DNA from: Tubiluchus corallicola
Lineage: Eukaryota > Animalia > Priapulida
Direction of reading: 5' to 3'
DNA: 19,097 nucleotides
NCBI GenBank assembly: GCA_030141605.1
Contig: JAQGDQ010000641.1
Coordinates: 1 to 19,097 of the forward strand
The notes under the pieces: model-generated
The model's database searches: none
What the model saw: the letters and a program-made list of their open reading frames with translations, nothing else
What the model was told of the DNA's origin: nothing
Shown here: one piece after another, positions 1 to 8,148 of the stretch
Layout: every line of letters starts with the position of its first letter
How positions within the stretch are numbered: the first letter of the stretch is position 1
Position numbers and translations under genes: made by a program

Positions 1-734
1 CTGTAGTTGATGGTGTGTCAATGTCAATACTTACTGACTAGAGGTAGCAGTAGTTTGTGACGAGGAACTGTAGTTGATGGTGTGTCAATGTCAATACTTA
101 CTGACTAGAGGTAGCAGTAGTTTGTGACGAGGAACTGTAGTTGATGGTGTGTCAATGTCAATACTTACTGACTAGAGGTAGCAGTAGTTTGTGACGAGGA
201 ACTGTAGTTGATGGTGTGTCAATGTCAATACTTACTGACTAGAGGTAGCAGTAGTTTGTGACGAGGAACTGTAGTTGATGGTGTGTCAATGTCAATACTT
301 ACTGACTAGAGGTAGCAGTAGTTTGTGACGAGGAACTGTAGTTGATGGTGTGTCAATGTCAATACTTACTGACTAGAGGTAGCAGTAGTTTGTGACGAGG
401 AACTGTAGTTGATGGTGTGTCAATGTCAATACTTACTGACTAGAGGTAGCAGTAGTTTGTGACGAGGAACTGTAGTTGACGGTGTGTCAATGTCAATACT
501 TACTGACTAGAGGTAGCAGTAGTTTGTGAGGAGGAACTGTAGTTGATGGTGTGTCAATGTCAATACTTACTGACTAGAGGTAGCAGTAGTTTGTGACGAG
601 GAACTGTAGTTGATGGTGTGTCAATGTCAATACTTACTGACTAGAGGTAGCAGTAGTTTGTGATGAGGAACTGTAGTTGATGGTGTGTCAATGTCAATAC
701 TTACTGACTAGAGGTAGCAGTAGTTTGTGACGAG
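1..734. repeat. 67-bp tandem repeat, ~11 near-identical copies, truncated by the left edge; overlaps an exon end and 5' splice site
   Basis: Unit ctgtagttgatggtgtgtcaatgtcaatacttactgactagaggtagcagtagtttgtgacgaggaa starts at 1, 68, 135 ... 671. I see only three variant positions (480, 530, 664). Confidence 0.98.
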
Positions 735-1207
735 ATGGGCGTTGATGTCTGCTGTCCACCTCCTCCATCAGAGCCGGAAGTCACCATCCCCGGGGTTGCT
801 TTTGACCTAGATAACGACGGTTTCCGTGGCGGCGTCCTGCTTGGCGAGACGTTCTTCTTGCTGGCCGACGTTTTACGAGGCTTCTGCCGATGTTCAACCG
901 GAGGTGCCGGAGCGCCGTCCGAAGACGACGATTCTTCCTCGATGCGACTAGCCGCCTGTCTGAGAGCATCGCTGACCTCGTCTCTCTTCTCTTCGTGCTC
1001 TTCTGGCGGCTCGTTCTCCTTATTTACTAAACCTTCAGCCTGGAAGTCTGCTTCGGAATTTTCCGGAGTTGGCGGGGTGGCTTCTTTTTCGTACGGCTGT
1101 GTTTCACGGTCCGGCGAGCACTCGGTTACCAAGATTTCTATACCGGTACAATCCTTGATTGTCGGCACCGTTAACTTGGAGCCAAGCTGACCCAGATAAT
1201 CAACTAT
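705..1207 (-). CDS. Internal coding exon of an ankyrin-repeat protein: end of an ankyrin repeat (IVDYLGQLGSK) followed by an acidic, Pro/Ser/Thr-rich low-complexity region
   Basis: GC-rich open frame. Acceptor TTTATTTAG|ATA at 1208/1207 (phase 0) and donor TCA|GTAAGT at 705/704 (phase 2). Joining it to exon 3196-3330 gives AYAQGCQE|IVDYLGQLG, which matches the ankyrin consensus A..G..eiv.yL...G. Confidence 0.85.
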
Positions 1208-1532
1208 CTAAATAAATTTAATAAAACGTAATAATATGTAATATCTAATAATACGTAATTAAAAGTAGTACAGATGTACAACGCACAAAATTAACTACAC
1301 GGAAAAATAATATACGTCTGGAAATTAAAGAATTTACTGATAGCAACCTGCACTGTGACCTAGTCAGTGTCATAGATAAGATTAGTGACCAGTTTCTCAA
1401 TTATAACTCGTTCGTCTATCGGACAGTAGTCACGTGCAAAATTTCCATCTGGAAAAAGTCATCTGGGAAGCATGTCAGCCAATAATTACGAAAGTTGAAT
1501 TTCAACAGTTTCATGTAATCATGCACATTTCG

Positions 1533-1660
1533 AGATTCAGATTCAGATAGTTTATTTCCACATGTTCAAATGTCACAAATTAGCACAATACTAAGTTGTC
1601 TAAATGTGGAAATAGGGCAGTGAAATACCAAGAGAGGTCATCAAATCAAACCGTCCTCAA
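1533..1660 (-). mobile_element. Short 3'-end fragment of a non-LTR retroelement (LINE/SINE tail)
   Basis: Minus strand reads stem-loop (1614-1657), then AAATAAACTA, then a (TCTGAA)n tail. The architecture and hairpin match those at 5946-5986 and 15677-15717. Confidence 0.6.
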
Positions 1661-2579
1661 CAGTGATGTCTGGTGTCTGAATCACACTGATGTCTGGATC
1701 ATAGTGATGTCTGGTGTCTGGATCATAGTGATGTCTGGTGTCTGGATCATAGTGATGTCTGGTGTTTGGATCACTGTGATGTCTGGTGTTTGGATCATTG
1801 TGATGTCTGGTGTTTGGATCATTGTGATGTCTGGTGTTTGGATCATAGTGATGTCTGGTGTTTGGATCATAGTGATGTCTGGTGTTTGGATCATTGTGAT
1901 GTCTGGTGTTTGGATCATTGTGATGTCTGGTGTTTGGATCGTAGTGATGTCTGGTGTTTGGATCGTAGTGATGTCTGGTGTCTGGATCACAGTGATGCCT
2001 GGTGTGTGGATCACAGTGATACCTGGTGGGTGGATCACAGTGATACCTGGTGGGTGGATCACAGTGATTGATGTGTGCTGTCTGAATCACAGTGATGTCT
2101 GGTGTTTGGATCGTAGTGATGTCTGGTGTCTGGATCACAGTGATGCCTGGTGTCTGGATCACAGTGATGCCTGGTGTGTGGATCACAGTGATACCTGGTG
2201 GGTGGATCACAGTGATACCTGGTGGGTGGATCACAGTGATTGATGTGTGCTGTCTGAATCACAGTGATGTCTGGTGTTTGGATCGTAGTGATGTCTGGTG
2301 TCTGGATCACAGTGATGCCTGGTGTCTGGATCACAGTGATGCCTGGTGTGTGGATCACAGTGATACCTGGTGGGTGGATCACAGTGATACCTGGTGGGTG
2401 GATCACAGTGATTGATGTGTGCTGTCTGAATCACAGTGATGTCTGGTGTTTGGAACACAATGATGTCTGGTGTTTGGATCACAGTGATGTCTGGTGTCTG
2501 GATCACAGTGATGTCTGGTGTTTGGATCACAGTGATGTGTGGTGTCTGAATCACACTGATGTCTGGTGTCTAGATCACA
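1661..2579. repeat. 24-bp intronic minisatellite (~38 units) with a 172-bp higher-order repeat
   Basis: Unit gatcacagtgatgtctggtgtctg with variants. The marker attgatgtgtgctgtctgaatc recurs at 2067, 2239 and 2411. Confidence 0.97.
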
Positions 2580-3195
2580 CGTGTCTAGATTATCACTAAT
2601 CAGGAAGGCAAGTCACTCATTTTCATGGCAAATCATGGAAGAAGGGATAAGAATGACAAACTGCAAAAAACTCTGAAACAGTCCGGAGGTTTTGGGGCCA
2701 CCTAGGCCCCCAATGGGGTTGAGGGGCCTTGGAGTCAGTAACAAATTGCAATTTTGTGACCATGGAGAGCCTGTAAGTGGACTTAAAATATCAATTACCT
2801 TGTTTCATGCATAATTTAAAATACTCAACTATCAAGGATACATGATACCTAATTGTCTCAAAAACACCTAAGTACTGGCCGCTCCTATGCAAAAGTATAT
2901 AAAAACTGTCTGCAATTGACTCAAATAACTCTGCACAATTGACTCTACATTTTTATACAAAGAGATAAACACGTGGTTACACTGATGTACGTGATGTAAA
3001 CAAAGTGACGGCCTGCCACCTAGCGGTCAGCTTGTGAAATAATGTAATGGATCCGTAAAAATTTTCTCAACGAATTTACGAGATTTACAAAAATGGCACC
3101 ACTGGTCTTCCAAAAACTCGGAATTCCACGTATCCGCGGAAAATTCTCATCCCTGCATGGAAGACGCTCAATTGTCTAAACGGGTCATTACCTAC

Positions 3196-3330
3196 CTCTT
3201 GGCAACCCTGCGCATAGGCAATGTCGACAACCTTCAAGCCATCGTTTGCTGCAATGTTGAAGTCAGCACCCAACTCTACAAGGGTCTTAAGTGTGTTCTT
3301 GTGTCCTTTACTGGCTGCCCAGTGCAATGC
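3196..3330 (-). CDS. Internal coding exon of an ankyrin-repeat protein (ALHWAASKGHKNTLKTLVELGADFNIAANDGLKVVDIAYAQGCQE)
   Basis: Clear ankyrin motif LH.AA..GH....+.L++.GAD.N....G. Acceptor TGTTGCAG|GCA and donor GAG|GTAGGT; 135 nt, phase 0-0. Confidence 0.92.
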
Positions 3331-3861
3331 CTGCAACATTGATAATGAAGTTAACAATAGCAGTATCGTATATATTAATTCTGCGGGTAAGTTATATATA
3401 TATATATAAGATTCGAGGCTACAGCTTCGACGACGGCACCATTTGCGGCGATCTATACATCAAACGAAAGGTCTCTATCTAGTGTCGTGCCATTGGGGGT
3501 TTATTTTTCGAATCGGGCCCACCGGGAGGAACGGGCCTACACGATGATGTGGGTTATATTTTAGGACATGTCCACTGAGAGGAGTACCGACGAGTTAATT
3601 AGATGTTCTATTTTTGGCAATTTTCGCTTGGAAAACTGCTGACGCAAAGCCATTGTTCTGACGTCATCCATTATACTCTGCTTATAACCTTATAAATTTA
3701 ATTCAGTAAAAGCTACTGGCTTTGCATTACGTTAGATAAATAAACAAACACTAGGTAGGATGTTCGCGCGTTGTTGTTTATAAGTGGATTTATAAGCAAA
3801 ATTTTTTGCGGGGCCTTTGCTAGTGTTAAATAACGCTAATTCAATGAGTATTTAAATTAAC

Positions 3862-4240
3862 AAGCCTTTTCACAGTTTCGTTGTGCGCGCGCATTGCTAT
3901 AGGTCAAAGGTTAATGAAGCAGTGCAACATGTGTTAACCACAACCGTCACGTGACATGTGGGTAAAGCAAAGCCGTCTGCCACTTCAATTCAGTAGCTTC
4001 AGTTGTTTTCTGTGGATTTTACCCAATTAGTCATTAGTCTGTGCGTAGAGTGATTTACTAGCAGGATCTTGTTTGGGAACAAGAAAAAATGAACTAGGTA
4101 AGGCTCCAGCTAGCTGTCAACTGTTACTATCACAATAGCTTTGGCTGCGAGGCGTTGTCAAGTGTACACAAATGCATTGTCTGGTACACTTAACCTTTGA
4201 CCTTTTCACGATCATCATCAATCGCTGAAATTGTGAAAAG
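3862..4240 (+). mobile_element. ~380-bp MITE-like dispersed repeat (family copy 1)
   Basis: Left end AAGCCTTTTCACAGTTTC is complementary to the right end GAAATTGTGAAAAG (AACTGTGAAAAGGCTT in the copy ending at 15181). Subterminal inverted pair GGTCAAAGGTTAA / TTAACCTTTGACC. Homologous to 7037-7381 and 14815-15181. Confidence 0.75.
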
Positions 4241-4409
4241 ACTAATACATAATTAAGTAAAATCCACATAAAACCACTGAAGTTACTGAATTAAAGTGGC
4301 AGACGGCTTTGCTTTATCCACATGTCACATGGCTGTTGTAGCTAACACACATAGCTGTTTGACATAACCGGTGACATATAGCAACAGCATGTGCGCACAA
4401 TGAAACTGT
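4239..4409 (-). mobile_element. Inverted partial copy of the same MITE-like family
   Basis: Diverged reverse complement of about 3871-4040 (for example gtggcagacggctttgcttt versus aaagcaaagccgtctgccac). Confidence 0.8.
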
Positions 4410-4933
4410 CACTGAATTTGATAACAGCTATAGAAACATGAATTTGCAATGTAAATAAGCATTCCTTGTTGTATGGAGTATTCTAAGGCAGTCTAAATCA
4501 CTCTAGTGAAGAAGTTTAACTAAATCACTCCACCTCTCTGACTGACAAATTAAAGAAGCATTGCCTGACGAATCACCATCACAAAGTCAAGATTGCACAG
4601 TTTACTCCAGCTTTATTCAGAGCAGGTGCAAGCTTAAATAGCACCTGCATTTTTGTTTAGATTATTTTTAAAAGCGCAAGGGTTTTATTTGCAATTTGGA
4701 CTCAAATCTATAATTATTAGACATCGATTGCCAGTAGAAATTGATTTTTAAGATCACGGACGCGTTTGACCAACGAGCAGTTTTGCCAGCAACCCGTTGC
4801 TGTAGCAACCAGACTAAGTACGTAGGGAAAATTCCCAAGGTCGCCCTAGGGCTTGACACAGCAGTGTTTATATTTCAACCGCTGACTGGGTTTAATTGTT
4901 ATCGTAGAAGAAACCGCTATAGCTACGTATTAA

Positions 4934-5347
4934 CCCTTTCAGTCCCAATTTATTTTTTAATAAGAAAAATTTTTTTGGCTTGATACTTTTGTTCCCAATG
5001 TATCCTGTGGGATGCACAACATTCTTTGTCATATGCAAAAAACACAACAAAAGCAAAAAATGTGCTTCATTCTGTAACTGCTGATAATTTTTTAAAGTAT
5101 TTAAGACATTTAGTATGCATGCTATGCTGATCTGTACAAAGTCGTCTCTAAAGTACTGTACCTTGCACAGTTTTTTATGCTACGTAGATTTTCTAGTTTG
5201 CCATTTTATCACCATTTTTAGTCAATTGTTATTGGCTTAAATCAAAATAACTATTAACAGATCAAATAACTGTCAGTTTTAAAATTTTATTAATTTTAAA
5301 GGCAGAAATATTCTCCTATCGCACGGGATACAACGGGTATGAAAGGG
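4934..5347. mobile_element. piggyBac-like non-autonomous element (MITE), 414 bp
   Basis: TTAA|CCCTTTCA ... TGAAAGGG|TTAA, with TTAA at 4930-4933 and 5348-5351. Asymmetrically placed subterminal inverted repeats at 4994-5013 (cccaatgtatcctgtgggat) and 5318-5337 (atcgcacgggatacaacggg). No transposase ORF. Confidence 0.85.
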
Positions 5348-5351
5348 TTAA

Positions 5352-6234
5352 AGTAAAATATATAGATGGTTTCAGGCAAACAGGAAGACATTAATCAGTA
5401 GAAATATGAACAAAACTCATACTAGAATGTGTAACTTACATGATTCAAACCATACTGATTTTTATCTCTGGTACGTATCACAATTCTGTCAATGGAAGTC
5501 TTCTCTTATGATTATTTTGCTCACTGTTTCACAGTTATCATTAAGTTTTTATTATATTTTTTGAGCCATATAGTCTATTTAGTCACATAGTCAAATTTCA
5601 CTACATATTTTGTTTGCTCCATTTTTCTGCACTAGTTCTTGTGCTGCATAGTATCTTATCATTACGCTTAATTTGACACGATTGCATATCTTTGCTTCAT
5701 TATATTTTGTTTGAGTTTATCAAACGTATTTTGTTTCTTTCACTGTTTTATTATTTATGTTTTTTTTGGTTTGACGGTTAGTTAAATGCTCTACATATTT
5801 TGTCAATCATCATTTCATATTTTTCATTTTATTTCTTTATCGCATAGCATACTTAGTTATTTCGCTTTCATGTTTAATGTTTCCCCCCATAAATTCATGT
5901 TAACAGCAGCACCACAAATTTTTTACAATTTTCACTAACCTGAGAAGGGTAGCTGACTCGATGACCAATTGGTCTTTCGCTACCCTTTCTCCTGCACCCC
6001 CCCCTTAACTCTTTCCTTTATGCTTAATTTATCCTTTTTAATCAATAACTAAAAAAATAATAGTCAATTTGTATACAGGTGTAAATGAGGAGATAAATAA
6101 AAATGTCTATGTCTATGTCTATGTCTATGTCTATGTCTATGTCTATGTCTATGTCTATGTCTATGTCTATGTCTATGTCTATGTCTATGTCTATGTCTGT
6201 CTATGTCTATGTCTATGTCTATGTCTTTGTCTAT
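5352..6234 (+). mobile_element. Degenerate 3' portion of a non-LTR retrotransposon (CR1/L2-like) with a microsatellite tail; 5' limit uncertain
   Basis: T-rich 3'UTR-like sequence, stem-loop at 5946-5986, and AATAAA immediately followed by (TGTCTA)n. A weak RT-like remnant WFQANR...NKT lies near 5367-5420. Confidence 0.6.
6103..6234. repeat. (ATGTCT)n hexanucleotide microsatellite, ~22 units
   Basis: Directly visible. Confidence 0.98.
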
Positions 6235-7036
6235 CTTCATTTAACAACGTTTCACTTAAGGCTGCGTTTTATCAGAACGCTTCAGCATCGTTAAGTGAGG
6301 ACTTACTGTACTTAAAACAGACTAGTGCTGTGATAAGATCAATTGTAACAATCCCAGCGTGTGTGATGCCAGAACTTAGACAAAACTGGTTTTGTTATCT
6401 ATTATGACCTATACCTGGTATTTACCATCTTAATCTATTCTTAGCAAATCTATCAGTGGAGTAAATTATTTATTTTGTTAAGTTCAGGAAGCTGCTGTAC
6501 TAGAAGAATGCATTTTAGTGTATTCCACTGATACCTGAGGGTGAAAATTGTTTATGAAACACGTAAAAAACTTGTGCAAATCTCGTGTTATACATGATCA
6601 TAGCATCTGGTGACTTACAATTTACTCAGACGATGAAGTTTCTACTTGGAGTGAGGAATGATCACATTTAACAAGACTGAAACGTGAGTGCATTATATTC
6701 TGTACAAATTGGTAAGTAAATTAATTAACTCACTTATTAACTCAATAACTGAAAATTGGCAAAAGATGATATTGTGCTTTGAAAATTCTAAAACTAATAG
6801 TCATGAGAAACGTCCTAGTAACTCATTTTTAGTCGCATCGTCATGTGTAAATATGTAAATATTGCTTACCAAATGCTTCTCTTTGAACAAGCCTAGATCT
6901 CATTTATACCGACCCACGACGAAAATTACTGTAAAACACCCACAGTAACCTAATAACTTTGACAACTGAAAGTAAGGCTGAGACAGATTCATTTATAAAC
7001 ACATAAAAGTTGTTTATTTTGTTATAATTAGAAAAT

Positions 7037-7381
7037 TGTTGATGCATGTCAAAGATTAAGTGTCCACAGCAATGTGTCTTAACTACAACTGTCACATGAC
7101 AGTGGGTAAAGCAAAGCCGTCTGCAATTTTAATTCAGTAACTTCAGTTGGTTTATGTAGACTTTACTTAATTATGCATTAGTCTGTGCATGGAGTGATTT
7201 ACTAACAGGATCTTGCTTGGGAAAAAGAGAAAATGGACTAGGTGAGGTTCTAGTTACCTGTTAAAACTGTTACTATTACAATAGCTTGGACTGTAAGGTC
7301 TTGTCAAGTGTACGCAAATGTGTTGTCTGGTACACTTAACCTTTGACCTCAGCATCAAATGCTGGAACTGTGAAAACGCTT
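7037..7381 (+). mobile_element. MITE-like family copy 2 (left end missing)
   Basis: Homologous to about 3895-4240; ends ggaactgtgaaaacgctt. Confidence 0.75.
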
Positions 7382-7710
7382 ATCATTTTGGTATTTTTGG
7401 CAAAGAAAATTAGTGTAGCACTATGTATCGTGTCCTAAGTACAGAAATTATAACCTTTTTTGAGCATAAGGCCTTAGTCAAGCTGATTACAAAGTAAGGC
7501 TAAGACAAACACATAAAAGTTGTTTATTTTCTAATAATTATCTGATTATTAGATAGATATTAGGCATTAGATATAGATATTAGAGCAATATTTAAAACTA
7601 CATGTGCATCTTCTGTATGACTAAGCAGGAATGCACTCAATATAACAGTGAAGCATCACACACACGAACTAGTCTTAATGATTATTGGTTGGTTTTGTAA
7701 TTGAGTTTTC

Positions 7711-7977
7711 ACTTAGATATCGTGGTATACACTTAGATATCGTGGTATACACTTAGATATCGTGGTATACACTTAGATATCGTGGTATACACTTAGGTAT
7801 CGTGGTACACACTTAGATATCGTGGTATACACTTAGATATCATTGTATACACTTAGATATCGTGGTATACACTTAGATATCGTGGTATACACTTAGATAT
7901 CGTGGTAAACACTTAGATATCGTGGTATACACTTAGATATCGTGGTAAACACTTAGATATCGTGGTATACACTTAGA
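7711..7977. repeat. 20-bp minisatellite, ~13 units
   Basis: Unit acttagatatcgtggtatac, the same as in 16196-19097. Confidence 0.98.
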
Positions 7978-8148
7978 AGCCAGCAAACTGAAAAAGGTCT
8001 GTCACAGAAAAATTACGAAAAAGGGTTTTGTTTGTTTATCGTAACTAAAGTAGTACAAGAAATGACATTTTTGTTGACATAATTACTCATTATCACGCAT
8101 CCAAATTTCCGCCTAAAAATGCTGATGACATCACTGTTTTAGGTAAAA

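Larger units (their letters stand above)
6322..7977 (+). repeat. Segmental duplication, copy A (upstream region of the Gly-rich EF-hand gene)
   Basis: Collinear with 14101 onward. Both copies start ctagtgctgtgataagatcaattgt, are nearly identical over 6410-6930 versus 14190-14703, and share the MITE and the 20-bp satellite. Confidence 0.95.

Noticed and set aside
1-734. CRISPR-like regular periodicity here and in the 20-, 24- and 40-bp arrays
   Set aside because: Units are head-to-tail with no unique spacers, there are no cas genes, and the context is a spliced eukaryotic locus.
735-1190. Plus-strand 151-aa ORF and the nested 62-aa minus-strand ORF
   Set aside because: These are shadows of the GC-rich minus-strand exon, which has splice-site and ankyrin-continuity support.
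1985-2540. Many CACAGTG heptamers resembling RAG recombination signals or Transib ends
   Set aside because: No ACAAAAACC-like nonamer at 12 or 23 bp spacing; the motif is simply part of the repeat unit.
1596-2599. Several 100-215 aa ORFs on both strands (VMSGVWII, DVWCLDHS, IQTPDITM repeats)
   Set aside because: They are by-products of a stop-poor 24-bp minisatellite; the frames are broken by the 28-bp unit and the region lies in an intron.
3394-3670. CpG-richer stretch after a (TA)n run, possibly a transposon fragment or regulatory island
   Set aside because: No terminal repeats, second copy or credible ORF visible, so I cannot classify it without a database search.
6069-6407. ORFs with VYVYVY or MSMSMS runs, and the LPTY-repeat ORF at 15350-15559
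   Set aside because: They are translations of microsatellites.
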